DNA from: Anthoceros angustus
Lineage: Eukaryota; Plantae; Anthocerotophyta
DNA length: 64,000 nt
NCBI GenBank assembly: GCA_010909165.1
Contig: MU008165.1
Location: 930,001-994,000 of the forward strand
Reading direction: 5' to 3'
The position numbers were made by a program, and so were the translations under genes. The notes beneath the pieces were generated by a model, which was given only the letters and a program-made list of their open reading frames with translations, was not told the DNA's origin and searched no databases. Positions 12,170 through 25,011 of the stretch are shown here, piece by piece (the first letter of the stretch is position 1; the number at the start of each line of letters is the position of its first letter).

Positions 12170-14090
12170 GCATGTTAGAATCTTGACGGGTTCGCAAACC
12201 ACGATTCTGCGCTCTAAGCTGCTCAACGTGCTTGTGGAAGACCACACCAAGGGTGTGCGAATGTTTTGAATCATGAGCGAGCAAGGTGAGCGTGGCACAG
12301 GCGGAGTGTGAAGATGGCGGCGTGCGAGAAGGAAAATTGGCATTTAGGGTGGAAGCGACTATTGTTGAAGTCCCACCTTGCGGCGCCGTCCACGAGAGAA
12401 CTCCTGCGGGGCAATGGACACCGTTGCACGAAAAGCCATCACACAAGAAAAGGGGCGGTTGTGGTAGGCTTTATACGAGCCTTGATGAACCTGGAGAAAT
12501 CCTTGCCCATGGCCCCGTGAGTCTCGATGGCAAGGGGGATGAAGGCGTGGCCCTTCTTGCATGGGCGAGTTTGTGGAGGTCTGACCTCCCACTGTCTTTC
12601 GCAATGCAAAAGGCAAAGGCCTTTCCAAACTCGGCTGGAGATGGATGACCTTAAAGGGATGCCACGCATCTTCAAGCTCCTTGCTTGTGAGGAGTCCCTC
12701 AGTTTCCCATAAATGCACCAAGTAGGTGCTGAGATAGCATGGCCTGGGCCCTTCCTCATCCACTGAATTTGGCTTGAGGAGCTTCTCTCGATGGTGTATG
12801 TACGCTTCATACATGATAGTCCCCCAATCCGGCTTGGCTCCCATGGAAATCTTCCACAAAAATTGGAGGAAGTTGGTCTTTGAAATAAGAGTGCGTTGGT
12901 AATTTACCAACCCCAGCACAATCTTGCGAAGAGCCTCCACTTGACTCCTTGATGCTCTCGGTCTTCCACCCATTCTTGGCGTGGGCCTTCACTCCTCCAT
13001 CCATCATGTCAAGGAACTCCTGCGGGATGTCGGTGTCCTCTTCCCTCCATTGGACCTTTCGAGAAGAGCAATTCCGGTGCTCTCTTCCTCCGGTCTTCCA
13101 TACACACCGAATGCTTTTGTCCAAGCGTGGATCCGTTCTAGCATTCCTTCCGTGGTGCGGCAAGGCGGCTTCCGATTGATGGAGGTTGATGTAACACTCC
13201 TCAATCAATTCCAAATTGGTGTAGGCCCATTGGCGGCCATACACCCAGTGATTGGATGTTGTCTTCCTTACGCCTTGCACGAAATCCACTAAATCTCGGG
13301 GTTGAGGTCATCCGGCAAAGCAAGTGAATTGGGGCATCACAAGTTCACCTCCTCTGGCGCGTAGCCCTGCTTTCTTTCTTTCCTTTTTCTCCTCGCGAGG
13401 AGGAGCCCTTGCCAGGCGGCTCCTTTCCCTTGCCTTTCCCAGCTCGAGGCATGGCGCCTGGCTTTCCTCCAAGTTCTTGGAAGGAAGGAAATTACTCCCC
13501 AATTTGGCAGTCTCGAGGCCTCGCTTCCAACACTCCTTCTTCTCGAGACCGAAAACAAAACCACTTCCAACACACAATTCCAACGTTAGGCTCGGTGACG
13601 CGCCTCCGCCTCACAATCTTTCCAGGGCAGGGCGCCGCCGGTGGGTGGTCGTGATCCTTCCTTTTTCACTCTCAATTTCTTCAACTTTGTGCCGCTCCTA
13701 GCGCCCCAACCTCGCGCCTCCTGCCCTTGACAGCTCTCAGCACTCGAAATGTGCCCCTCTGCTGTTCACAGCGTCCGAGGAGCCTCTCGATGCTCAGCGC
13801 CTGCCTCCTTTTCTTCTCGCCTAGGGTTTTCTCCTTTGCTCCTGATCGCGCGCCCAGCTCTCCGTCGCACTCGACTCGGCCGCAGTGGGGTGGTGGCGGC
13901 TTTCTCGTCTCCTCTTGCTCTTACGCTCCAGCGCCAGTCTCAGCTCCTCGCGAAGTGAGTTTACCTCAGTTCGAAGGAAGTTGGCGCTGCCCAAAACTTC
14001 ACTTCGCCCTCTTTGGATGACCGCCACCTGGAGGCCGCGCAACCCTAGATTGGGTTCATCATTCCAAAATCCTCATTCTATCTAAACTAC
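12170..14090 (-). mobile_element. Retroelement-associated extra ORF (non-gag/pol), fragmented
   Basis: Minus-strand ORF pieces 13821-14042, 12807-13289 and 12359-12973. The motif PDWGTIMYEAY...PCYLSTYLVHLW..EGLL resembles accessory ORFs of plant LTR elements (recalled, not searched). Confidence 0.5.
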
Positions 14091-14519
14091 CTATTTTCCT
14101 ATTCTGTCCGCTATCCTATTTAACCGCTTTCTAATTACTATATATATTTATTCCCCTATTGGTGAGCATATATAGTGGATATCCCTCCTCTATTCTAAAT
14201 TTCCTTTTTAGCCGAGATTTGTCAGTCTACATGATGATACACTTGCATGATGATCTGCTCCTTACTCGGGCTACGGCGTGGTGTGTGACCTCGGTGGTAG
14301 TCTGCCGACCTACCAACCTTCGGTGCCTCACGCACCAAATGCGGGGTCGCCGACCCGTTTTCCTCTGGGATATCCTTTTGCCTTCCTAACAATATTCTCG
14401 ACTCTAGTTCCAAGATCTTCAGAAGTTTTTCTTGCATGTTCCTCTTCAATCGGTCTTAGCCAAAAAAAATCAAACTTGTTCGTCCTCTGGCCCGTTTGGA
14501 CTGGTTGCCCAAACTTTTA

Positions 14520-15125
14520 CGTTCCACAACCACAGAGGCCGAGTATGTTGCAGCAACTAAGGCTTGCAAGGAAGCCAAATGGCTTGCTCGTTTAGTGGGA
14601 GACTTGGGGATCAAGGTTGAGCTGCCACTGTTGCATTGTGATAGCCAGAGTGCTATCCGATTGGCAAAGAATCCAGTGTTTCATGCGAAGACTAAACATG
14701 TGGATGTGAAGTATCACTTCATTCGAGAGGTGTTGGACGACAAGAGGTGCAACTTGTCAAGGTTCACACCACCCGAACCCTGCAGATATTCTTACCAAGG
14801 ACTCTCTGAGCAATTTGCACCCTGGCTTCGGACGATGGGCATGAGGTAGTCCATTCTTCTCTGAAGGTAAATTGGCCTTTAAGTGGGAGGTTGTAAGGGT
14901 ATTAAAGCCCAATGTACTTAGACTAATACACTTAGTCTAAGTTGGGTGTCGATTAAGTATCATTAGTTTAGCTGAAGCTAATCACTAGGAAGCTTCTTGT
15001 GCTCCTTCCTAGTGGCTTCTTGTGGAGCTTCCTAGGGAGCCCTGTTGGAGGGTATAAATACCCGTCAAGCCTCATCTCAATATGAGAGAGTTACACTTGC
15101 CTCCTCCTCTCCTCTCCTCTTTCCA
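14520..15125 (+). mobile_element. Ty1/copia 3' fragment: RNase H end, PPT, truncated 3' LTR
   Basis: STTEAEYVAA...CDSQSAIRLAKNPVFHAKTKHVDVKYHFIRE, stop at 14849; PPT GTGGGAGG, then TGTAAGGG at 14892; TATAAATA at ~15054. Confidence 0.9.
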
Positions 15126-15129
15126 CCAT

Positions 15130-15850
15130 CATGGGCTGCCATACGATCCTTCACGTCACCCATCCCGGAGAATTGAGGATAACACGCTCACAAACATTGT
15201 CCAAGGTGGGATATGTTACAACCACATCAGCAATAGGAACCTGGTCCGCCGGGTCAAAAATAAGTCACCATTGAGAAATGCCGTTGAACAGGCTGTAAGG
15301 GCGCTCTCTATAGGGAACAAACCCGCTCTCTTCAGGCGGGAAGAACATGACGTCCCGGACGGTGTCATGCATGCATGTGTGCCGATGGTTGAACCATGCT
15401 ACGGTGGCGTCTTCCACGGTGGTGGGTTTGGGTAGGGTAGTGGATAAGGTGGGGTAGTGATCGACGGGGTAAGTCTAGAATCCATAGTTTTAGAACATCT
15501 TGACACAAAACCATTCCCTTGGGATCGAATCCTAGGACTATAACGACATAGAGGGTAAATGTGGCCTCTTTGCGTCATCGGACGCAAAAACCCCATTCCA
15601 CACTGAGGTATTGTGTCACTACAGGTAGCGATTGTTTCCCCAGAACCCGATCGTTCACACAAGTCTCATGGGACGAAACCCAACGTATGAAGCGACAGTG
15701 GGATAAGTGTGGCCGCTAGAGGGGCCGCATGAAGCCTCGGAAGCCCCGGGGTTTTCCCTCCCACACCCGCGAACAGGAAAGTGAGACACAAGCCCACCAC
15801 TGACTACCGAGAATTCGTATTCAATCCGCAGTCCTGACACATGGCTTATG
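15130..15850 (-). mobile_element. Possible non-LTR retrotransposon C-terminal fragment with restriction-like endonuclease (CRE/R2-type)
   Basis: Frameshifted minus-strand reading RHTCMHDTVRDVMF..EESGFVPYRE...DP.DQVPIADVVVTYP resembles the RHD..RD / E / D..V pattern of RLE LINEs. Confidence 0.45.
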
Positions 15851-17517
15851 CCATGTGCCGATGTTATATATCGTTCACTCTCACGTCCTTTCCACTTTAT
15901 CCCTGTGTCGAATTGGCATGGTCCACATTGTCACTAGAGCGCCGAGTAGGAGCAAGATTTCGCCGATTCTAGGCCATGATTTGTAGAGATCAAACTTGCT
16001 GAAAGCGATAGGATATATTTAAGACTTAGAAGATGGGAGTATATATAAGACTTAGACGATGGACGTGTGTAGGGGAGGGAGGCATAATCCCTCCCCCCGG
16101 CACCAATCCATGCTTAAAAACCTATTTCTAAGAAACCCATCAAATCTCATGATTAACCAAATAGAAAAGTGGCATCAAATTAAAATAGATGAATTAAAAT
16201 AAAAATTTGTATAACACTAAATCTAATCCCATAAGAATAGATAGTCTAATCATAATTCTTGCTAGAGGCTTCATGTAACATGTATTCACTCCAACATCAA
16301 CACCCCCAAGTAAGGCAAATACTCATATAGTCAGCTCCTATAAATTAGGTGTTTTCCAAATCGCCTAAACACTACTCACCTTTCTCTTTATCCCCAAATA
16401 GCATTTTTTTTATTTTTTTCCTTGCGGTCACCATATACCCCTGTTTCCACTTGATTAGCCCTGCTCATCACTGCAATTTGATATAAATATCATCATTTTC
16501 TGACCCCAATAATATCTAGAAAAGGCAAGTTTATTTTCCCTACATACCTTTAGGAAAAACAGGTATATACACAAATAAGTGTATGCTCCAATGGTATGTT
16601 ATAAGTATACAAAAGCATGGGCATCATGGACGGGATGACAGGTGAACCAACAAGAGGCTTAAAAACAAGTTACAAGGACATGCTGAAAACAAAGTCTGAA
16701 GATGGAGGAGCCGGCATCTAATTCTCATGTTTAGGCACTGGTACGGTGACAACCCCTTCAACGCCCCGGAACCAATGCAGGGCTTTGGACTCTTCGATCT
16801 GCAGCTACAGCAAGCGCGGCGTGTGCACAGCCTCCTCCTAGCACCGACAACGAGGGCGTTTTAATGCACTCAGATTAGTGGCGATGACAGCAAGATGGGC
16901 ATGTGCAGGCACAGCAGGCGCGGTGGATGTGCATCCCTTCCAGCCAGCAGCAGCGGCTGAGGTGGATGCCCCTTGCTCCTCCATCTCAAAGACCAATTCC
17001 ATTCTACGGGCTTTTATGGTTTAAGGTTGTTTGTTAAGAATGGCCTTAGCTTCTTGAAATTTCGGACCAGATCTGGAGGTCGGGGTGTAGGTGTGGGCAC
17101 ACTTCCTCTCGGCGCGCAACAATCGCGACGATGGAGAAGCAGCCGCGCATGTCCCTCTTGGTGATCAGATCCCTGTTCCTTTTGATGCTTCTGGTGCACT
17201 GATCCTCTGACACCTACTTGTCTCTAAGCCCTTACCATCGCGATGGTGATAGGCCGGCAACCGGATGCCTGTGTTTTTGGGGCGTAAAGATAAGGCGGCC
17301 ATTTTCTTGTTTCCTTTAATGGAAATCTCCCGATTATTCCCATTTTGGAAAATTTCCATTATTAATTTTCTTTGATTAAATCAATCTGCTTAAATGACTT
17401 AAATTTGATTAACTTATGGGCTGCCTAACTTCCTACCTAGTGGGAGTTTTAATCCGATTCTTAGCTCATTAATTATTTAGATTTCATCCTACTTCATAGT
17501 GAGTGGGAGAATGGGAG

Positions 17518-17755
17518 TGATGAAATACCTTACTAATTATGATACTATTCATTACGGCTCCTATAAATCATAGAATTAATGATTAATTAATTCTTATGGC
17601 AATAAGTAGTTTCTTAGGTAGTTCCTTATAAGTGGTTACATCGGTTATATTAGTTACAACCACCTATAACCACCTACCCTTTATAAACACTTGTACTTTT
17701 TATCATAATTAATGCCACAAGCTCTTGTGCAAGTGTGTGTGCGTGATTTTCATCA
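17518..17755 (+). mobile_element. Copia-type 3' LTR preceded by PPT
   Basis: TGATGAAA...TTTCATCA terminal inverted repeat; purine tract GAGTGGGAGAATGGGAG immediately upstream; similar to the LTR at 62748-63017. Confidence 0.8.
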
Positions 17756-17945
17756 ATAAGCAAAGAAGGGAACCAACATGAATTTGCAAAAGTACCTCAC
17801 TTGGTCATTGGCTGCCCCCAGGATCAACGGACTTGGTGACAAGCCTGCCATAAGAGTCCTTTCCGGCAACAACAATACCCATTACTAGCAGTAGTCCCGA
17901 TGATATCATTTTCATCATAATAATCTCATAAAAATAATAATAACC

Positions 17946-20515
17946 CCCATTTTAGCCTACTTACTTATAACATCGTTAGGCAAACTCCACGCGTAGGAGA
18001 AGCTTTAGGCATGGTCCATGGTTCGTCTTGTTTCTCTCCCTTTTTATTCTTGGGGTCGGGTTTGTGCTTCATGTTCATCCAAGCTTTGTTCGTTGCTCTA
18101 GTAGTTCATGCCCTTCTGTTAATGGTGCTGGGCCTGTGCTCTATCTTCCAAATTTTGGTAGTTGGTCCTTGTAGCTACCTTTAGTTTGCAGTCCTGTGCT
18201 ATTTTGTGCACACCCTTGCATGATACTTCATTGTAAGATATCTTCTATATCAACGGCATGCAGATATGATTTTGCAAGAAAAACAACTCCGCACCTCAAA
18301 AACGGTTAGAAGTTCAACAATTTAGCTATTGCTGCAACTTTGCCATTTGTGATTTCGTTCCAGATTGAATTGAAAGCCAGGCATCTGCAACAATCGCAAT
18401 CAAATATTTATTGCAATCACAAAGGAAGACTAGCTTAAAGCTACGTCTTCAAAATGTGTACCACTTGAAATAGCCATGCGTTCCTGCTGCGCCTCCATGA
18501 GAGAATAGATGCTTGTTGGGCGATCTAGCTTACTTTACAAAATGAAGCTATTTGTAGATAAGTCCACCTTGAAAAAGATGCCCTTAACTTACTTGAGTAA
18601 ATTTACTTAGCTTAATAACTCAAATAATTAAATTATTAAGTATTTTGGACGGCAGGCAAAGTGTATGTGACACATGCCTCGTACAATGTATTTGATACCA
18701 AAATGCTTGTTCGCTGCCCCAATGAGATAAATAGATGCCTAACACATAAGGTCATTTTATAGTAGAACACCTCGACGATTCGGAGAATTGATGGTAAGCT
18801 TGCTATATTACAGTCCTTGCCAACATGAGGAACTGCTTGAACTACTTGAATCTATATCTTAATCGCCTATCCCAATTTTCCACAAAGACTTGTCGTAATC
18901 TTGGTGTTTTACTAAGCCTCGAATTAAATAAGCCACGTTCCATAAACTTGCCACAAACATAAAAACTCAAACGTGGATCAAGTTCCGAGACCGCTATATT
19001 GTACTTTTTTCCTAGCAACCTTTAGCCATGAAACAATTGATTTTCTCTTTTTTAGATTCATGAGGTTTGTCATTGGTCTAAACCTTTATACCAAACCTTG
19101 GTGGTCATAACTACTATAGTCTCGATTAATAGAAATATGTACATCAAGATATTTCAATAAACTTGAAAATTCATTAGTAGATCATAAGCTCACGAAGATC
19201 TTGGAGAATGGATACCAATCCAATGATGTCCCCATTTTAGCCTACTTACTTATAACATCGTTAGGCAAACTCCACGCGTAGGAGAAGCTTTAGGCATGGT
19301 CCATGGTTCGTCTTGTTTCTCTCCTTTTTATTCTTGGGGTCGGGTTTGTGCTTCATGTTCATCCAAGCTTTGTTCGTTGCTCTAGTAGTTCATGCCCTTC
19401 CAATGGTCGGGCTCTATCTTCCAAATTTTGGTAGTTGGTCCTTGTAGCTACCTTTAGTTTGCGATCCTGCTATTTTGTGCACACCCTTGCATGATACTTC
19501 ATTGTAAGATATCTTCTATATCAACGGCATGCAGATATGATTTTGCAAGAAAAACAACTCCGCACCTCAAAACGGTTAGAAGTTCAACAATTTAGCTATT
19601 GCTGCAACTTGCCATTTGTGATTTCGTTCAGTTGAATTGAAAGCCGCATGCAACAATCGCAATCAAATATTTATTGCAATCACAAAGGAAGACTAGCTTA
19701 AAGCTACGCCTTCAAAATGTGTACCACTTGAAATAGCCATGCGTTCTGCTGCGCCTCCATGAGAGAATAGATGCTTGTTGGGCGATCTAGCTTACTTTAC
19801 AAAATGAAGCTATTTGTAGATAAGTCCACCTTGAAAAAGATGCCCTTAACTTACTTGAGTAAATTTACTTAGCTTAATAACTCAAATAATTAAATTATTA
19901 AGTATTTTGGACGGCAGGCAAAGTGTATGTGACACATGCCTCGTACAATGTATTTGATACCAAAAATGCTTGTTCGCTGCCCCAATGAGATAAATAGATG
20001 CCTAACACATAAGGCTGTTTTATAGTAGAACACCTCAGCTTCAGGATTCGGAGAATTGATGGTAAGCTTGCTATATTACAGTCCTTGCCAACATGAGGAA
20101 CTGTTTGAACTACTTGAATCTATATCTTAATCTGCCTATCCCAATTTTCCACAGCACTTGTCGTAATCTTGGTGTTTTACTAAGCCTCAGTAATTAAATA
20201 AGCCACGTTCCATAAACTTGCCACAAACATAAAAACTCAAACGTGGATCAAGTTCCAGAGACCTGCTATATTGTACTTTTTTTCCCTAGCAACCTTTAGC
20301 CATGAAACAATTGATTTTCTCTTTTTTTTAGCCCGATTCATGAGGTTTGTCATTGGTCTAAACCTTTATACCAAACCTTGGTGGTCATAACTACTATAGT
20401 CTCGATTAATAGAAATATGTACATCAAGATATTTCAATAAACTTGAAAATTCATTAGTAGATCATAAGCTCACGAAGATCTTGGAGAATGGATACCAATC
20501 CAATGATGTCCCCCA
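17946..20515. repeat. Direct tandem duplication of a ~1.29-kb AT-rich unit
   Basis: CCCATTTTAGCCTACTTAC at ~17946 and 19231; both units end GGATACCAATCCAATGATGTCCCC; differences are mostly small indels. Confidence 0.95.
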
Positions 20516-20677
20516 TTTTATATCCATGATTTTGTTGCCGGAAATCTTTACGGTAAGAGAAGCAATATTTGGGCGTTTTGGCAATTTCATATAATGCTTG
20601 TAAGTTTGACTTTAACATAATATCACATTTTGTTCATACGAAAATTTTAAAAGTAGAAAGACTTGATGATTTACAAT

Positions 20678-22190
20678 TCAAAATCTTTTACATATAACTC
20701 CTCTTGAAATTGCTAAACTATTGTTATTAAGATTAAATTGAAATATATGATTCATTTGCAATATATTTCCAATCACATTACTGTTACTTTCATCTGAAAT
20801 CAAAGCATAACAAAAGACATCTCTCTTATCTGTCACAGGTATAAAATAGTTGTAATGATGTAACTTCCAATCAAAATCGCCAAAATGCAATGTTAATGAT
20901 GGAATAGAATAATTCTTTTGTACGTTATAGCAAAGAGGAAATCTTGCTTGTTGTTCCATAATCAAATTTCGGTTCAAATTTGTAGCCGTCGTTAGTGTAG
21001 AGATGACAATCTCATATATATGTGGATGTAATGTAATATATGGAGTACCGGAATCCACAATTGTACCTCCTGATCCATTTGTTTGTATCATGAAAAAATT
21101 AGGATCAATAGTTGACAAACGGTGATTGTTTATGCTAATTCCATCGAGGCCAATGTAGTAAAAATTAGGCCATATTGCATTATTTATCAATGATACGTAC
21201 TGTACACCATACATATATTAAAAAGAGGATATAAGTATCAAACATCAAATGAAAAATATAAGAAATTACAATACACTAAAATCAACCCCCAAACATAAAC
21301 ATCTTACATGGAAAGAAACATTCGCAAAACGAGGGTTTCGGACAATTTGACCAAATTGGATGTATCCTTGAGATGAATAATGTTTCTTGTCGAATCGATT
21401 TGGGAGACAATAAGCAAATGAGTTGACCCCTTGTTGACGTGCTAATTGACTAATGAAAGAGTTATTTCCTTTATCAAGACCCAGCACACCAGATTGTCCC
21501 TCAGGAATCATATTACTTTGATTATGTCCACATCCGAATTGCAAAGAGAGACCTTTATTTTTTGTTTTAGATTTGTGTGTGGAAATAACCCTTGAGACAT
21601 CGGTAGCAAGGTAACCTGTGCTACTTCTACTCCCATTGCCATAAGTAGTTGTATACTCACACAAATTGTTTTGGAAATTGTATATGATCCCTTGAGGACA
21701 ACTAGAAGATTTCACGTGAGTCAAAGTATTAGATATAGAACTATTAAATATATGTAGTGAACGGTGGGAGTTTGGAGGATCTTCTCTTGGAGGATCCTGA
21801 GAGAAACAATTATGCTCATCACAAGGCACACATTGAAACCAGACTAATTCGCTACCTGTATCCAATACCAAACGTACAATTTGTGAAGGCTGTCCAATCT
21901 ACAAAGCATCAAGATTATTCGTAAGGAACGAATGTTAGATAAACGTTCTAGTGAGCGGTGGAGTTTGGAGGATCTTCTCTTGGAGGATCCAGAGAAACAA
22001 TTATGCTCATCACAAGGCACACATTGAGCAGACGCGCACTGTCCAATACCAAACGTACAATTTGTGAAGGCTGTCCAATCTACAAAGCATCAAGATTATT
22101 CGTAAGGAACGAATGTTAGATAAACGTTCTAGTGAGCCCGATGCAGAAAAATAAATATTAATAAGAAGTATAAAGGAGGAATAAGAACAT
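20678..22190 (-). CDS. Family A1 aspartic protease (nepenthesin/CDR1-like); one intron (21200-21307); 5' end duplicated and frameshifted
   Basis: IGQPSQIVRLVLDTGSELVWFQC, FGCGH, GVLGL, FAYCLP, FYYIGLDGISI, IVDSGT and VIGNILQ; GT-AG intron joins ...VSFH|YVSLINN. Confidence 0.9.
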
Positions 22191-22799
22191 TAAAATACCT
22201 TCAATAGCACAAAGTACTGAGGACATCTGTGGCCCATACTTATTATCTTGCCAATTTGTGCTGTAGTTTCTGAGACTAGTAACAAAATCAAGAATGATAA
22301 CAACTTCATTGCCGATATCGTGATTTGGATGGCTCAATGCGGACTCGTAGATGGTTTTAAATATATGTTAAGAATTTACGGAACTGTAAAGGAAGAAGGC
22401 CTAGTACATCAAACACGTGAAAATCATTGCAACAAGGGAGAAAGTGGGTTAAATGTAAGGTATCGGAAACATAAAAATCAACATGCAAATTAACCTGTGG
22501 TGTCCAAGTCTATTTGTGCTAGAAAATAGAGTAATGTCGTGACTCTCTTTTGATACGATGACTCCTATCAAGACCAAATCAAATGAAAAATTAAAAAACA
22601 TTATGAAATAGGGTTGCAACCTTAAATATACCTCAACGAGTACATCTAATAGGAAGGTTCCTGAAATTGGAGAATGCTTTAAACAACTATTTTTTGAATA
22701 CAATCTTTAATTATGAGTATGTCTCAAGGAAGAGAAATTATAGAAGGAAAGTAAGTTATTAGCCTCTGAAAATGCTTCAGCTATTAAAAGGGCTGTTTT

Positions 22800-23135
22800 T
22801 ATAAAGATGAACATATCCAAATGACTTAGGCCAAATGGACACACCTTTATAAAAATATCTTATCTCTTAGATTGCTACTTAGATGGGGTGCCTAGAGGGA
22901 GAGGGTGTCCTTGTTATAAGTAGCTTAGGGACACCATGGTGCAAGTTGTCAGCTATGGCACATCATGGTGCAAGTTGTTGGCTACTAGCTCCTTACATTG
23001 TTGGCTACTTAGATGGGGTGCTTAGATGGAGAGGGTGCCCAGTAGCGAAGGCACACCATCGTGCAAGTTGTTAGCCACCATGTCCTATGACTAGAAATGC
23101 CATTCTTAGTGGACTAGAAGAGAATTCTTCTCTTC
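22800..23135 (+). mobile_element. Diverged copy of the short structured repeat family
   Basis: ACTTAGATGGGGTGCC...GCTTAGGGACACCATGGTGCAAGTTG...CTTAGTGGACT followed by a TTC-rich tail. Confidence 0.6.
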
Positions 23136-23479
23136 TACTATGTTGAAAACTGGAGAGGTAGATAGGAAAGTCTTTTTAATTAGAAATTTTGTATATGAAC
23201 ATCAAAAAATAAAAATATGAGTGTATTAAGTTATTGTAGTCGAGATGCACGTCGACCATCTATCTAAAATTTTTCCAATTGAGGTTCAATCCCATGTCAA
23301 ATTGGGCCATCTATCTAACTTTTCAAATCGAGGTCTAATTTTGAAAGATATTAGATAGTTAATTATACAACTATTTACAATCTAGAGTTTTTTCATGTTG
23401 AGGCCTTTTATGAGTAGGTATCTTGTGGTGTTTTCAACCGATTTGTTCTTACTTGAACAAAATAAAGTTATTTAAATAT

Positions 23480-24135
23480 AACTTATTCCCCTTTTTTGGT
23501 CACGCGTGCGATTGTTTTTCCATCTTGCATGAGACTGTGCGATTCCTTGAATGAGTCTTTCCATCTTGCATGAGATTGTGCGATTCCTTGAATGAGTTTT
23601 TTCATCTTGCATGAGATTGCGCCTCATGCGATTTCTTGAATGAGTTCTTCCGTCTTGCATGAGATTGCCCCTTGAATGAGTTCTTCCGTCTTGCATGAGA
23701 TTGCCCCTTGAATGAGTTCTTCCGTCTTGCATGAGATTGCCCCTTAAATGAGTTCTTCCGCCTTGCATGATAATGTCCCTTAAATGAATTCTTCCGTCTT
23801 GCATAAGACTGCGCCTTGAATGAGTTCTTCCAATAGTGTCCCTCAAATGAATTCTTCCGTCTTGCATAAGACTGCGCCTTGAATGAGTTCTTCCATAAGA
23901 CTGCGCCTTGAATGAGTTCTTCCGTCTTGCATGAAACTACCCCTTGTATACGGGAATGAGTTCTTCAGTCTCCTTGAATGAGTTCTTCCGTCTTGCATGA
24001 GACTTGCCTTTCATGTACCATGAATGAGTTCTTCTGTCTCCTTGTATCTTGCATGAGACTGTCCCTCATGTACCATGAATGAGTTCTTCTGTCTCCTTCC
24101 TTCTATCTTGCATGAGACTTGTCCCTCATGTACGG
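23480..24135. repeat. 36-bp minisatellite
   Basis: Unit TGAATGAGTTCTTCCGTCTTGCATGAGATTGCCCCT repeated head to tail, degrading at both ends. Confidence 0.95.
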
Positions 24136-25011
24136 ATAGTCGACTTAGTATATCATTCTTAAAAAAACTGTGTGTTCAATACGGAACATATTTAATACAT
24201 GTGTGATTCGAAAATAAATCGAGTCTTGCGGGCAGCTAGTTTAGGTGTTGGTAGGTACAGTACCTAGGTAGTCGCAAGAAAATATTGCATGGGCGGAGCG
24301 TCGGAATTTGGCAGTGATGAGAAAAGCGGTCCGTAGGGAGTCACATGGACGGGACAAAGTGACCGGTAAGTGCCGGTGGGCACGTGGTGCTAACTGCCGG
24401 TGGTGGGCTGGGTGTGGGGACTGGGGAGTCCAATGGCGAGGAGGCAGTTACCGACGCGCCGTGCGATGCGGCTGCTGTCCACTTGCCGTCCGTTGGATCC
24501 GGATCGGTTGGCCGCGAGCCTTGGGGCGGGAAGCTCGTCTTGCCTTGCAACCTGGCCGGCCTTGTGTGGCCTCTGCCTTTGCCTTTGCCGTTGCCTTGTG
24601 TGCATCCAGGAGGCTTGGCGAACGTGCCCGCTTGGCTGTGCAAGCCCAAGCCCAAGACCAAGCCCAAGCCGACTCGGAAGAAGATGAACTTCTTGAGCCC
24701 ATCATGGGTCCAGCAATTCACCCTTCTTTTCCCCTCCAGCCTCGGAGTCCCGGGCTCCTCCTTCTTGGACCGCCGCTAACACAAGACCGTCACAAAATCC
24801 TGCACGCCCCGCCACCGGCACCGGCCCCCTTCCCCTTCCCCTTCCCCTTTCCCCATTCCCTTTCCCTGCACATGCGCCCCGGCCGCACCATCCATGTGGC
24901 TGCCGCCCCCATCCCCCGATCTTGATCCAGCCCATGGCTCTGGATTTCAGACGCCGGCTCCCGGAGCCCAGGCGCATTCGCACCCGCACCCCGCTCTAGC
25001 GCACGCAGCAT

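Noticed and set aside
23480-24135. 36-bp repeats as CRISPR direct repeats
   Set aside because: Units are head to tail with no spacers.
24308-24989. ORFs upstream of the KH-RING gene
   Set aside because: Overlapping low-complexity frames with no motif; more likely promoter or 5' UTR.
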